Of a stretch of DNA of 64,000 nucleotides, positions 9,659-20,104 are shown piece by piece. The notes below the pieces were generated by a model. It ran no database searches and was not told where the DNA came from. It saw only the letters and a program-made list of their open reading frames with translations. Positions within the stretch are counted from its first letter, which is position 1. Every line of letters begins with the position of its first letter. This stretch comes from Thermoplasmata archaeon. Lineage in GTDB: Archaea; Thermoplasmatota; Thermoplasmata; Lutacidiplasmatales; UBA184. A program made the position numbers and the translations under genes. The DNA is taken from NCBI GenBank assembly GCA_049584655.1, contig JBAUYF010000001.1:7290-71289 (forward strand), read 5' to 3'.

Positions 9659-11326
9659 ATGTCGACCACGGACCCGGTACGGGCCGCGGATGAAAGATGG
9701 CAAGGGGAGGTACTAGCTCCGACTCTCGCGAAATCGCCCGAGCGGAAGGACCGGTTCACCACCCTGGGGGGCATTCCGGTGGATCGACTCTACACACCTC
9801 GGTCCAGCCCGGTTGACCTGCGTCGAATCGGTTATCCGGGTCAATACCCGTTTACTCGAGGAGTTCACCCCACGATGTATCACGGTCGCCTCTGGTCGAT
9901 GCGGATGTTCTCGGGATTCGGAACTCCCGAGGACACGAATCGTCGATTCCGTTACTTACTCCAGCACGGTGAATCCGGGCTCTCCATCGCCTTCGACGAT
10001 CCTACTTTGTACGGCCTCGACGCGGATGATCGGGAATGTCTCGGCGAGGTCGGGAAATGTGGAGTCAACGTCTCGTCGCTGGAGGACATGGGTCGACTCC
10101 TGAATCGGATCCCGCTCGGCGATGTCACAACGAGCATGACGATCAACGGACCGGCGAATATCATTTGGGGGATGTTCATCCTGACCGCCGAAGGAATGGC
10201 GGTCCCCCGGTCGAAGCTGGGAGGAACGACGCAAAACGACATCCTCAAGGAGTACATCGCCCAGAAGGAGTTCCTCTATCCGCCTCGGCCCGCCCTCCGA
10301 TTGGTGACCGATACCATCGAATTCGCGGTGCGCGAAATGCCACGCTGGAATCCGATCTCGATTTCTGGTTACCACATCCGCGAGGCCGGTTCCACGGCGG
10401 TCCAGGAGCTGGCGTTCACCCTCGCGGATGGTATGACGTATGTCGAGGAAGCGGTGAAACGCGGTCTCGACGTGGACTCCTTCGCCCCGCGGCTCTCGTT
10501 CTTCTTCAATTCCCATAACGACTTCTTCGAGGAGATCGCGAAATTCCGGGCGGCGCGTCGGATCTGGGCGGTCACGATGCGCGATCGCTTCGGCGCCAAG
10601 AAGGAACGCTCTCAGTGGCTTCGGTTTCACACGCAGACGGCCGGCTGCTCGTGTACGGCCCAACAACCCGAGCTCAACATCGTCCGCACGACGGTGCAGG
10701 CGTTGGCTGGTGTCCTCGGGGGTACGCAATCGTTGCACACCAACTCCTACGACGAGGCGCTCCAACTACCCACGGAGGATGCGGTTCGGATCGCGCTGCG
10801 AACGCAGCAGATCCTGGCTCACGAGAGCGGGGTGGCCGACGCGGTCGATCCGTTTGCGGGCAGCTACTATCTCGAGTGGCTCACCGACCGGATGGAAGAG
10901 GAGGCGCGACGCTACTTCGATCGCATCGACGAGCTCGGGGGCGTGGTGGCGGCGATCGAGAAAGGCTTCCTGCAACGTGAGATCCAGGAGGCGTCGTTCC
11001 GGTACCAACGCGCCGTCGAGTCGGGCACGGAAAAAGTGGTCGGCGTCAATGCCTACACGGTCGACGAACCGATCCGCGTTCCTCGCCTCAAAATCTCCGA
11101 ACAGGCCCGGTCGGCCCAATCTCGCCGATTGAAGGCCCTGCGGAGTCGACGTGACGCGCGCCGACATGCGACCGCGCTCGAGCGCTTGAAGAAGGTGGCG
11201 GAGACGGAAGATGAGAACACGATGCCGGCGATCCTCGACGCGCTGCGAGCTCGTGCCACGCTCGGCGAGCTCGTCCACGCGTTCCAGGAAGTCTACGGCG
11301 CGTATCGCGAACGATCGATGTACTGA
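9659..11326 (+). CDS. Methylmalonyl-CoA mutase, large (catalytic) subunit without the B12-binding domain
   Basis: [62 protein letters not shown] and the rest match the MCM catalytic barrel. The ORF opens at 9464 but overlaps the preceding gene. The ATG at 9659 (MSTTDP) or 9608 is the likelier start. Confidence 0.9.
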   Translation: MSTTDPVRAADERWQGEVLAPTLAKSPERKDRFTTLGGIPVDRLYTPRSSPVDLRRIGYPGQYPFTRGVHPTMYHGRLWSMRMFSGFGTPEDTNRRFRYLLQHGESGLSIAFDDPTLYGLDADDRECLGEVGKCGVNVSSLEDMGRLLNRIPLGDVTTSMTINGPANIIWGMFILTAEGMAVPRSKLGGTTQNDILKEYIAQKEFLYPPRPALRLVTDTIEFAVREMPRWNPISISGYHIREAGSTAVQELAFTLADGMTYVEEAVKRGLDVDSFAPRLSFFFNSHNDFFEEIAKFRAARRIWAVTMRDRFGAKKERSQWLRFHTQTAGCSCTAQQPELNIVRTTVQALAGVLGGTQSLHTNSYDEALQLPTEDAVRIALRTQQILAHESGVADAVDPFAGSYYLEWLTDRMEEEARRYFDRIDELGGVVAAIEKGFLQREIQEASFRYQRAVESGTEKVVGVNAYTVDEPIRVPRLKISEQARSAQSRRLKALRSRRDARRHATALERLKKVAETEDENTMPAILDALRARATLGELVHAFQEVYGAYRERSMY

Positions 11327-11331
11327 CCCCC

Positions 11332-12786
11332 GTGTCGTCGACGCCTTCCTCCTCGCCCCGTCGTCGTTCGCCGGCCAAAGATTCCACGGCGCTCATCGAT
11401 CGATACCGCCAGGAGCTCGACCATCTGTTCCGGCTGCGCCGCTTCGGGATGCATCCGGGACTGGACGTCATCCATGCCCTCCTGGGGGGATTAGGGAATC
11501 CGGAGCAGACGTTCCCCGCCATCCACGTCGCCGGTAGCAAGGGGAAGGGGTCGGTGGCGGCCATGACCGCGGGCATCCTTTCCGCCCACGGACTGCGTAC
11601 CGGCCTTTACACGTCCCCACACTTGCAGAGTTACCGAGAGCGGATTCAGATCGACCGAACACCGATCGGACGCAAGGGGGTGGTCGACGGTTTGGACCGG
11701 ATTCGGCCGTTGACCGAGGCGCTCCTCGCCCAAGGCGCGATTGACCAGGCGCCGACCTTCTTCGAAACGACGACCGCGCTGGCCCTCGATCATTTCGCGC
11801 GGGAGAACGTCGATGTCGCAGTGGTCGAAGTCGGCATGGGAGGCCGACTCGATGCAACCAATTCCATCCGGGCGCCGGTGGGTGTCATCACGACGATCGA
11901 GTACGAGCACACCGAATTCTTGGGGACAACCCTCACCGCGATCGCGCATGAGAAGGCGGGTATTTTGCATCCCGGAATGGTGGGCGTCATCGGAGAGACC
12001 AAGCCGGAGCCGCTCGTCGAGATCGATCGCTGTGCCCGGGACCGAGGCGTCGGACTCGTGCATTGGGGACGGGAGTTGCGAAGCGAGGATCGTCTGCTCT
12101 CGGAGCGCGGGCAACGCATCACCCTCATTACTCCCGGGCATCGTTACGAGGACGTCGAGCTTCCGCTGTTCGGAATCTTCCAACCGGCGAACGCGGCCGT
12201 CGCCGTCGCGGCCGTCGAGCGTTTTTTCGAGGCGACTCACCGCACGTTGGATCCCGAGCTTATTCGAGATGGGCTGGCCAAGACCCGTTGGCGCGGGCGG
12301 ATCGAGCGCATCGCGCGACGTCCCGACCTCTTCCTGGACGTGGCGCACACGCCCGAAAGCGCGCGTGGGCTCGCCCAAAGCCTGGCGGAGATCTACCCCT
12401 TCGCCGAAGCGGCGGACAATGCGATCCTCTTCGGGTGTCTCGCCGACAAGAGGGTGGAGCCGATGCTCGATGCGCTGGCTCCCCTCGCGCAGACGATCGT
12501 CATGACACCCGTCCGTTCGGATCGCACGGCGGCTCCCGACGATCTTCGTCGCGCGGCGCTGGGGCGTTTCCCTTTCATCGTCCGTGCCCCGGGTTCCAAG
12601 GAAGGGCTTGCCTTGGCGCGCGCGGCGACCGATCGAGGAGGGTTCACGCTGGTGGCGGGCAGCGATTATCTCGTGGGGGAGATCCTGAACGACCAGGAGG
12701 GTCGAGTAGACGGAGAACCGGATCTCTCGGATCCGGTGGCACCGATTTCCGCCGCGTCCCCTGCGCGAGCTAGGGCGACGCGATGA
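11332..12786 (+). CDS. folC: Folylpolyglutamate synthase/dihydrofolate synthase (Mur ligase family)
   Basis: P-loop HVAGSKGKGSVAAM, then TSPHLQSYRERI and the Mur-ligase middle and C-terminal domains. Confidence 0.85.
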   Translation: MSSTPSSSPRRRSPAKDSTALIDRYRQELDHLFRLRRFGMHPGLDVIHALLGGLGNPEQTFPAIHVAGSKGKGSVAAMTAGILSAHGLRTGLYTSPHLQSYRERIQIDRTPIGRKGVVDGLDRIRPLTEALLAQGAIDQAPTFFETTTALALDHFARENVDVAVVEVGMGGRLDATNSIRAPVGVITTIEYEHTEFLGTTLTAIAHEKAGILHPGMVGVIGETKPEPLVEIDRCARDRGVGLVHWGRELRSEDRLLSERGQRITLITPGHRYEDVELPLFGIFQPANAAVAVAAVERFFEATHRTLDPELIRDGLAKTRWRGRIERIARRPDLFLDVAHTPESARGLAQSLAEIYPFAEAADNAILFGCLADKRVEPMLDALAPLAQTIVMTPVRSDRTAAPDDLRRAALGRFPFIVRAPGSKEGLALARAATDRGGFTLVAGSDYLVGEILNDQEGRVDGEPDLSDPVAPISAASPARARATR

Positions 12787-13601
12787 AGCCCCGACCCGTC
12801 GCTATCGATTGGGAGCTGGTGCTCGACCGCCTTTCGGAGTTCTATCACACGGGCGATTGGCGCGTGCCCTATCTCCGCGATCACGCCGAATCTCCATTCC
12901 AGGTATTGATCGGTACCATACTATCGCAGCGCACGCGTGACGCGAATACGGACGTCGCGTCGCGGCAACTGTTCGAGCGGTTCCCGGACGCGGAGTCGCT
13001 CGCGCGCGCCCGAATTCCAGAGGTCGAGCGGCTGATCCGTCGCACGGGATTCTACCACGTCAAGGCCCGTGCGATCCGGGCATGCGCGCAAGATCTATTG
13101 CAACGCTTCCATGGAGCTGTGCCGTCCAATATTCCCGATCTGCTCACGCTGCCGGCGGTCGGCCCCAAGACCGCGAACTGCGTGCTCGTTTTCGGCTACG
13201 GGATCCCGGCGATCCCCGTCGACACGCACGTGCATCGCATCGCGAACCGGCTGGGAGTGGTACAGACCGACCAGCCAGAAGAGACGGAAGCCCGATTGCG
13301 TGAAGTCCTCGACTCTCGCTATTGGGTCCCGTTGAATCCGCTCCTCGTCCAGCACGGGCAAAACATCTGCCGGCCCCGTCACCCCCTGTGTCCGAAATGT
13401 CCGATTGAAGACCTCTGCGCCACGGGTATAGCCTTGAGAAACGGGCGCGACCCTCCGCGTCCGGAGGATCGGACGATCCCGGTGCAACGCGAGCGCCGCC
13501 ACCATCCCAAACGCCGGCGGAGGAAGGTTCCGACCCCGACTGTTAGGACGACGATTCGGAAATCGAAGGCGCGAGTCGCTCGCCAGACCAAAGGCCTATA
13601 G
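12783..13601 (+). CDS. nth: Endonuclease III (HhH-GPD DNA glycosylase with 4Fe-4S loop) carrying a basic C-terminal tail
   Basis: LIGTILSQRTRD, LPAVGPKTANCVL, VDTHVHRI and the FeS motif CRPRHPLCPKCPIEDLC. Its start overlaps the folC stop (ATGA). Confidence 0.9.
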   Translation: MKPRPVAIDWELVLDRLSEFYHTGDWRVPYLRDHAESPFQVLIGTILSQRTRDANTDVASRQLFERFPDAESLARARIPEVERLIRRTGFYHVKARAIRACAQDLLQRFHGAVPSNIPDLLTLPAVGPKTANCVLVFGYGIPAIPVDTHVHRIANRLGVVQTDQPEETEARLREVLDSRYWVPLNPLLVQHGQNICRPRHPLCPKCPIEDLCATGIALRNGRDPPRPEDRTIPVQRERRHHPKRRRRKVPTPTVRTTIRKSKARVARQTKGL

Positions 13602-13628
13602 AGTTCGCCCGTCTCGGACGGGACGCCG

Positions 13629-16202
13629 ATGGATCCCTCGGAGTACGACCTGAATTTCTTTCACCAGGAAGGGTTTCGACGGCGGACCTGCACCGGGTGT
13701 GGCCACGCCTTTTGGACGCTCGGCGATTTCGATCGGTGCCAGGAGGATCCGTGCACGCCGTACGGTTTCGTGGGACATTCCCCACTGAAGCGGCCGTATT
13801 CCCCCTCGGAGATGCGCGAGACGTTCCTCAGCTTCTTCGAGCACCGCGGTCACCAGCGGATACGTCGCTACCCCGTTGTCGCACGCTGGCGCAACGACGT
13901 GTTCTTCACCCAGGCGAGCATCTATGACTTCCAGCCCTGGGTCACCAGCGGAGCGATCCGTCCGCCGGCGAATCCGCTGACGATCTCGCAGCCGTGCGCG
14001 CGCTTCAATGACCTCGGAGAAGTCGGTCGGAGCGGCCGGCACATGACCCTGTTCGAGATGATGGCGCACCACGCCTTCAATCGACCGGATCATGAAGTGT
14101 ACTTCAAAGAACGATGTACGGCGCTCTGCCATGAGCTCGTGACCCAAGAGCTCGGGGCGGATCCTCGCGCCCTCACCTACAAGGAGGAAGAGTGGGAAGG
14201 GGGCGGGAACTTGGGCCCCTCGTTGAGTGTGGGGATCAGTGGGCTCGAGATCGCGACGCTCGTATTCATGGAGTACATTCGGGAAGGGACGACCGTCAAG
14301 GCGATGCCCTTGACGGTCGTCGATACCGGTTACGGGTTGGAGCGGTTCACTTGGTTGTCGCAGGGAACGAAGACCGCCTACGAAGCGGTTTTCGGTGAAC
14401 CCTATACGGAACTTCGCCGCACGTTTCCAGCTTCCGAAAGCGCCATCCTGGTGGACCACGCGAGGGCGGTGAACTTCTTGCTGACGGACGGAGTAGTCCC
14501 GTCGAACAGCCAGGAGGGTTACTACGCTCGCCTCGTGCTGCGGCGGATGCTCCGCATTCTCGCGAAGACCCCCGAGGCGCCGGAGCTCGTTGCCGTGCTC
14601 GATCGAGTCGGTCGGGAACTCGCGCGCGACTATCCGGAACTGGGTGCCAACCGAGAGGACCTGCACCGAGTCGTGCACGCCGAAGAGAGCCGGTATTCCG
14701 AGTCGATCGCACGCGCCCGAGGTCTGATCCGGCGCGCGGAAGAAAGGGCCGTTCAGTCCGGTCGACGGATCGGCGAGTCGGAGCTGGTCGAGTGGTATGA
14801 CTCCCTTGGCGTGCCGCCGGATGTCGCCGTTGAAGAGCTGCGGCATCCCCCGGCGATCCCGGACGACTTCTACGCGCGCGTCGCCGCGCTTCACGAGAAC
14901 GAGCGGCCCGTCAATGAATACACCGAGACGGAAGCAACGGTTCCGGAGTTACCGGCCGAAATCCCGCCGACGGAGGCACAGTATTTCCTGGACCCCTATA
15001 CACTGGCCTTCTCCGCCCATATCGTCTGGACCGAAGGCGCTCTGGTCGTCCTCGATCGGACGTACTTCTACCCGACCGGCGGAGGACAAATCACCGACAC
15101 AGGGTTCCTAGGTGAGATTCCCGTTGTGGAGGTGATTCGGCGGGGTCCGTGGATTTTTCATCGAATGGACGGTCGCTCACCGTGGCATGCCGGCGAGCGC
15201 GTGCACGGCCGAATCGACGCGCCGCGTCGCATGCAATTGATGCAGCACCACACGGCGACGCACATCCTCAACGGAGCGCTGCGTGAGCTCCTCGGCCCCC
15301 ACGTCTGGCAGGCCGGCGCGTACAAGAGTGTCGAGGGCGCGCGCATCGACATCACGCACTTTCAGGCTCTCACACCTGCCGAGCTGAACCACGTCGAACG
15401 GCGGGCCAACGAGATCGTGCGGGAAAACCGCGAGGTCAAAAGTTACTTTGAGCTCCGGACGGAGGCGGAGCGGCGGTTCGGATTCACCCTCTACCAGGGC
15501 GGGGCCGTCCCCGGCAAGCAGCTACGGATCGTGGAGATCGAACGGTTCGACGTCGAGGCGTGCGGCGGGACCCACTGCACCCATACGAGCGAGGTGGGGG
15601 GGATCTCGATCCTCTCCACCGATCGCATTCAGGACGGTATCGTGCGCGTCACGTTCGCCGCCGGGGAGCGCGCCCTCGTCGTGCACGAAGCGCATGAGAC
15701 GATCCTGCACGACGCGGCGCAGCGATTGGGGGTACCGATCGAGAAGATCCCCGAGGGCATCGAACGACTCCAAGCCCAATTGGACGAACACCGGCGCCTC
15801 CGGCGAGACGAGCTCAAGGAGGATCTAGCCTCATTATCGAGCCGGCTATCGGAAGATGCCCAGGCAACTCAACGCGTGGGGTCGGCCGTCATTGTGACTT
15901 CCCTCGTCGATCTCGACCGGACCGGGTTGATGGAACTCTCTCGGATCCTGACGCGCGAGCCCGACCGGGTCGCGGTGCTCGCGGCCGAGCGCGAGTCCCG
16001 AGGGACGCTCTTTATCGGTTCATCGTCCGCGCGAGTCTCGGCCCAAGCCCTGCTGGAGCGCGTCAAAGGTAGCTTCGGAGGCAAGGGCGGGGGCAACGTC
16101 TCGGCGGCAACGGCCGTTGGCGAACCGGGGGCCGCGCTAAGGACGGCGCTGGCCGAGGCGTCGGATGCCGCTCGCAGGCAGCTGCTTGGGGAACCCAAGT
16201 AA
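13629..16202 (+). CDS. alaS: Alanine-tRNA ligase (archaeal type)
   Basis: 857 aa with the class II core, the editing-domain motif HHTATHIL...CGGTHC and a C-terminal DHHA1-like region. Confidence 0.95.
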   Translation: MDPSEYDLNFFHQEGFRRRTCTGCGHAFWTLGDFDRCQEDPCTPYGFVGHSPLKRPYSPSEMRETFLSFFEHRGHQRIRRYPVVARWRNDVFFTQASIYDFQPWVTSGAIRPPANPLTISQPCARFNDLGEVGRSGRHMTLFEMMAHHAFNRPDHEVYFKERCTALCHELVTQELGADPRALTYKEEEWEGGGNLGPSLSVGISGLEIATLVFMEYIREGTTVKAMPLTVVDTGYGLERFTWLSQGTKTAYEAVFGEPYTELRRTFPASESAILVDHARAVNFLLTDGVVPSNSQEGYYARLVLRRMLRILAKTPEAPELVAVLDRVGRELARDYPELGANREDLHRVVHAEESRYSESIARARGLIRRAEERAVQSGRRIGESELVEWYDSLGVPPDVAVEELRHPPAIPDDFYARVAALHENERPVNEYTETEATVPELPAEIPPTEAQYFLDPYTLAFSAHIVWTEGALVVLDRTYFYPTGGGQITDTGFLGEIPVVEVIRRGPWIFHRMDGRSPWHAGERVHGRIDAPRRMQLMQHHTATHILNGALRELLGPHVWQAGAYKSVEGARIDITHFQALTPAELNHVERRANEIVRENREVKSYFELRTEAERRFGFTLYQGGAVPGKQLRIVEIERFDVEACGGTHCTHTSEVGGISILSTDRIQDGIVRVTFAAGERALVVHEAHETILHDAAQRLGVPIEKIPEGIERLQAQLDEHRRLRRDELKEDLASLSSRLSEDAQATQRVGSAVIVTSLVDLDRTGLMELSRILTREPDRVAVLAAERESRGTLFIGSSSARVSAQALLERVKGSFGGKGGGNVSAATAVGEPGAALRTALAEASDAARRQLLGEPK

Positions 16203-16324
16203 GCTCCCGGAAACCTCTCCACTTCCGGCGAAAGCTTTACCATCCCTTCGCAGCCATGATAACAGCGGGACTCGAAATGCGACAGCAAAAAGGGGACCCC
16301 GCGGTCCCGCCGGAGCCGTAGCGC

Positions 16325-17869
16325 ATGACGGAGAATAACGGACAATCGGTGGGGGGCACTCCCCTCGAGGTCATTGAATTCCTGAGCGGGAAGGGCGGAA
16401 GGTCCCTGATCGTGAAGGGCGGGGCCGGAACGGGAAAGACCACCTTCGGGCTCGAACTGCTGGAGCGGATCGGGAAGCCGAGTGAATCGTACTATCTTTC
16501 CACCCGTGTCGGAGATGAAGCACTCTACCGACAATTCCCGTGGCTCAAGTCCTCCGAGATGCGCTCTCGAGTCTTGGATGCGGGTAAACTGTTCCTCGAT
16601 GCCATCAACGCCGGGGGTAAGCGAGAAGGCTCCGAGCTTCCCGAGAGCGAGCAGAAGAAGGTTCGCGCCGCGCGCGAAGTGATGCGATCTTTCGGCGAGG
16701 AACATGGGCCTCCGACGCGCGTCGACCGCACGCATCTCCAGGCGCTGCTCAAGCGGAACCCGATGCCGGAAGTGGAGAATGTCTACAATCGGATCGAACG
16801 GGCGCTTCCGGCGAAGTCCCTGCTCGTGATCGACTCTCTCGAGGGTGTGACCCACAAGTACGGACTCGAGATGGAAGAGTTCGTGATGGCCCTTCAGAAG
16901 GATCTCGTCGAGGGTTCGAGCACGAACGTCGTGATGATCCTGGAGAAACCCGAGGCCGGCGGGATCGAATATCTCGTCGATGGGTTGATCTCCATTCAAC
17001 GCGAGGAGTTGGACGAGCGACGCGTCCGGCACCTGCGACTCGAGAAGTTGCGGGCGACGGCCATTGGCCGTCCGCGATACGCCGTGACCTTAAATGGCGG
17101 CCGTTTCGAGGCCCTGGGGATTCAGGATCGAAATCACACCCCTGTCGCGCAGGGAATGTGGAAGCCGACCGCGGATTCCGAGCGGTTCTACTCCACGGGA
17201 ATCCCGGATTTCGATCAGCTGCTCGGGGGTGGATTCCGCCGCGGGAGTTTCAATGCCTTCGAAGTCGACGTCAACGTCGGGATCGACGATTACTACATGC
17301 TCTTCACGCCGACGTACTTGAACTTCCTCGCCCAAGGTCGCGGCGCGATCGCCGTGCTTGCAGCCGGCGAATCCCCCGAGAAGTTGCGGGAGACGCTGAC
17401 CCGGCACACGCCCCCGAACGTATTCGATACGCGGGTACGGATCTGCGACTACGCGGCGAATGAGACGGAAGAGAGCTACATCGTCCCCATGGCCCGGTTC
17501 GGTCGAGATGACGCCCTGCGGGCGATGGTGACCGCGACCAAAGCGGCGCGCGGCCCGGAACAGAAGCCGTTCATCGAATACACCTCGTTCGACACCCTCG
17601 AAAGCCTGATGGGCGACCAGGTCGCGATTCGGATGTATTTCAATGGCGTTCAGCAGACCAAGCTGGTCGGCAACCTCGGCATCGGGCTGCTCAAACCCGG
17701 GCTCCTCGTCTCGAGCGAGATCCTCAACATGATGGACACCTACTTCCGGATCATCAATATCGACAATGCGCCGTGCATCTACGGCATCCGGCCCCGGACC
17801 ACGATCCACGCGATCTCGCCCGATCCCGACAAGGGCGCTCCGTACGCCAAATTGACCCCGATCGTCTGA
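16325..17869 (+). CDS. Two-domain KaiC/RecA-superfamily (GvpD-like) ATPase; the second P-loop is degenerate
   Basis: Domain 1 has Walker A (KGGAGTGKTTFGLELL). Domain 2 keeps the KaiC-type entry GIPDFDQLLGGGFRRGS, but the Walker A position reads FEVDVNVGIDDYY. Confidence 0.6.
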   Translation: MTENNGQSVGGTPLEVIEFLSGKGGRSLIVKGGAGTGKTTFGLELLERIGKPSESYYLSTRVGDEALYRQFPWLKSSEMRSRVLDAGKLFLDAINAGGKREGSELPESEQKKVRAAREVMRSFGEEHGPPTRVDRTHLQALLKRNPMPEVENVYNRIERALPAKSLLVIDSLEGVTHKYGLEMEEFVMALQKDLVEGSSTNVVMILEKPEAGGIEYLVDGLISIQREELDERRVRHLRLEKLRATAIGRPRYAVTLNGGRFEALGIQDRNHTPVAQGMWKPTADSERFYSTGIPDFDQLLGGGFRRGSFNAFEVDVNVGIDDYYMLFTPTYLNFLAQGRGAIAVLAAGESPEKLRETLTRHTPPNVFDTRVRICDYAANETEESYIVPMARFGRDDALRAMVTATKAARGPEQKPFIEYTSFDTLESLMGDQVAIRMYFNGVQQTKLVGNLGIGLLKPGLLVSSEILNMMDTYFRIINIDNAPCIYGIRPRTTIHAISPDPDKGAPYAKLTPIV

Positions 17870-17881
17870 GCGCTCCGACGG

Positions 17882-18544
17882 TCAGCGTCCCAGATGAGGC
17901 GCCGCCGGTAGCAGGTAGATCAGGAGCCAGAGGACGACGCCGGGCACGAGGATCATCGTGAGGTCATCGTCCCACCAGGAGCGCTTGGGCCACTCCACCG
18001 TGATCGCGATGGCGGCGGCCACGAACGCGAAAAGGAGCGAAGCGGCTACGGTCCAGCCACCCACGAGCCAGAATGCGGGGAAGGCCAGCGCCACATAGAC
18101 GATTCCCGCCACAAAAGGGTAGGACCGGCGAATGGTGGGGTGCAATCGAAGCTCGCCGATCAAGGGATCGACGATCGCCGCGCCTAGTATGACGGCGACG
18201 GCGATCGGCTCGGGGAAGAACAGAAGCGCGATCGCCAAAGCGGTGGCATAGAATGCGTAACTCCCGATGCGATGGGCCTCGAAGGACCGGATCGTGGGCA
18301 GCTCCAGTCCGACCGCGTGGCGGAGCGCTTCGATGACGACGATCGCGGCGACAAGCAGGAGGAGAACGCCCCACTTGGGTATGATGACGAAGAAATTCTC
18401 GGGGACGAGATAGTAGACGACCGCCAAGCCTCCCAACAAGTGGAGGATGCGCCGCCACACTCGTTCGCCGAGCTCCGGGTCGCCCCCGAGTTGGGTGCCC
18501 AGCCAACGACGCAGGCGGCCGCCACGGTGCAGCCGGATCGCCAT
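17882..18544 (-). CDS. Polytopic membrane protein, possibly of the dolichol kinase / CTP-dependent polyprenol kinase family
   Basis: 220 aa with about 6 hydrophobic helices. The strings ILGAAIVDPLIGELR and WWDDDLTMILVPG resemble the conserved acidic motifs of that family. The assignment is weak. Confidence 0.4.
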   Translation of the reverse strand: MAIRLHRGGRLRRWLGTQLGGDPELGERVWRRILHLLGGLAVVYYLVPENFFVIIPKWGVLLLLVAAIVVIEALRHAVGLELPTIRSFEAHRIGSYAFYATALAIALLFFPEPIAVAVILGAAIVDPLIGELRLHPTIRRSYPFVAGIVYVALAFPAFWLVGGWTVAASLLFAFVAAAIAITVEWPKRSWWDDDLTMILVPGVVLWLLIYLLPAAPHLGR

Positions 18545-18640
18545 ATCGGTGTCGGGAAACGAAAGGCGGTATGGACCTTTCGTAGGCCGGTCCCCACCCG
18601 CGCGCGAAACATTTTAGGGTACGACCGTTCGGGGCACGCC

Positions 18641-19099
18641 ATGAAGGTCGTGATCCTGGTTGGGAGCAAATCCGACCTCGAAATCGCCGAGAAGGTGCGG
18701 ACCCGACTGACCGAGTTTCACGTTCCCTGCGAGGTCCATGTGGCGTCCGCGCATCGGAATCCGGAGAAGGTCGATCGACTCGTCTCCGATCCGACGGTCG
18801 ATGTCTTCATCGCCATGGCGGGACTCTCCGCCGCGCTTCCGGGCGCCGTCGCCGCCCGCACGCTCAAGCCCGTGATCGGTGTTCCGCTGCACCGCGGGCT
18901 CGGTCTGGATAGTCTCCTCTCCGTCGTACAGATGCCCCCCGGTGTCCCAGTGGCGGCGGTCGGATTGGACGCGGCGGAGAATGCGGCTCTTCTCGCGACG
19001 TCGATCCTGGCCCTTCATTACCCGGAACTGGTGGACGCGCTCACTCGGTATCGTCAGAAATGGCGTGACGAATCGGGGGGAGCCGTCCCTTCTCCATGA
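18641..19099 (+). CDS. purE: N5-carboxyaminoimidazole ribonucleotide mutase / AIR carboxylase
   Basis: MKVVILVGSKSDLEIAEK...ASAHRNPEKV...AMAGLSAALPGAVAA...PVIGVP matches PurE. The upstream part of the 275-aa frame is antisense to the membrane-protein gene and was discarded. Confidence 0.9.
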   Translation: MKVVILVGSKSDLEIAEKVRTRLTEFHVPCEVHVASAHRNPEKVDRLVSDPTVDVFIAMAGLSAALPGAVAARTLKPVIGVPLHRGLGLDSLLSVVQMPPGVPVAAVGLDAAENAALLATSILALHYPELVDALTRYRQKWRDESGGAVPSP

Positions 19100-20043
19100 A
19101 AAGCCCGTCTGAATTTTGTGCGGCCGCGATCGAGCGGATTCGGGCCGAGGCGCCTGGTCGCGTGATCGTTGCAGCGAGCGGGGGAATCGATAGCACCGCG
19201 GCCGCGATCCTCGCACAGCAAGCTCTCGGCGACCGCTCGACGGCGTTGTTCGTCAATACGGGCCTTCTCCGAAAGGGCGAGGTCGAACGGGTGGAGAGCA
19301 TCTTTCGCGCCGCGGGCCTCCGCCACGAAGTCTTGCCGCGTTCCGAGCTTTTCTTATCTGCGCTGGCCGACGTAACCGACCCGGAAGAGAAGCGACGTCG
19401 GATTGGAACTACCTTCATCCGAGTCTTCGAGACGGAGGCGAAGCGCTTTGGAACCGACCGCCTCGTCCAAGGGACGATCGCGCCCGATTGGATCGAGAGC
19501 GGAGGGGCGCTGCGAGACACGATCAAGACGCATCACAACGTGGGAGGCATCCCGAAGGACAGTCGGTTACGTCTCATCGAGCCTCTACGCGACCTCTACA
19601 AGGACGAAGTCCGGGAGCTGGCTCGGTTTCTCAAGATCCCAGAACCGGACCGGCAACCGTTCCCGGGACCAGGGCTCGCCGTCCGAGTCGGCGGTGCGCT
19701 TACGCCCGAACGAGTGGAACGGGCGCGGGTCGCGAACGCGGTCGTGGAAGAGGAGGTCGAGCGAGCGGTAGGAGCGGGCACGATGCCACTCCCCTGGCAA
19801 TATTTCGCGGTCCTACTGCCGATCCGAACGGTCGGGGTCACGGGCGACAATCGGGTCTACGGGGACGCGGTAAGCGTGCGGATCGTCGAGTCGATCGACG
19901 CGATGACGGCGGTCGCGATGGACGTTCCCCGCACGGTGCTCAAGCGGATCTCGGAGCGGATCACGCGCGAGCTCCCAGGTCAGGTCGTCCGCGTCTTGTA
20001 TGACGTAACCGACAAGCCGCCGGCGACGATCGAATGGGAATAG
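19096..20043 (+). CDS. guaA: GMP synthase (glutamine-hydrolysing) subunit B, ATP pyrophosphatase
   Basis: PP-loop VAASGGIDSTAAA, KTHHNVGG, and the C-terminus YDVTDKPPATIEWE. The ATG overlaps the purE stop (ATGA). Confidence 0.92.
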   Translation: MKSPSEFCAAAIERIRAEAPGRVIVAASGGIDSTAAAILAQQALGDRSTALFVNTGLLRKGEVERVESIFRAAGLRHEVLPRSELFLSALADVTDPEEKRRRIGTTFIRVFETEAKRFGTDRLVQGTIAPDWIESGGALRDTIKTHHNVGGIPKDSRLRLIEPLRDLYKDEVRELARFLKIPEPDRQPFPGPGLAVRVGGALTPERVERARVANAVVEEEVERAVGAGTMPLPWQYFAVLLPIRTVGVTGDNRVYGDAVSVRIVESIDAMTAVAMDVPRTVLKRISERITRELPGQVVRVLYDVTDKPPATIEWE

Positions 20044-20104
20044 AAACCCCGGCGCCGAAGACCCTATCTACTCCCGGGGTCGATGACAAATTGGGAATCG
20101 TTTC

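Noticed and set aside
8153-9774. Minus-strand ORFs of 266 aa and 274 aa
   Set aside because: Antisense to the PP-loop ATPase, methyltransferase and mutase genes, with R/P/S-rich composition.
13596-14894. 432-aa minus-strand ORF
   Set aside because: Antisense to alaS. It has no motifs and an R/G/P-rich composition.
16230-16324. Possible C/D-box sRNA or terminator between alaS and the KaiC-like gene (CATGATAA..., hairpin GGGACC-ccgc-GGTCCC)
   Set aside because: The C-box has a mismatch, and I could not find matching D and D' (CUGA) boxes at appropriate spacing. The hairpin alone is not diagnostic.
15869-17032. 387-aa minus-strand ORF spanning the alaS 3' end and the KaiC-like 5' end
   Set aside because: It overlaps two well-supported plus-strand genes and the intergenic space between them. 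The composition is low-complexity and R/L/P-rich.
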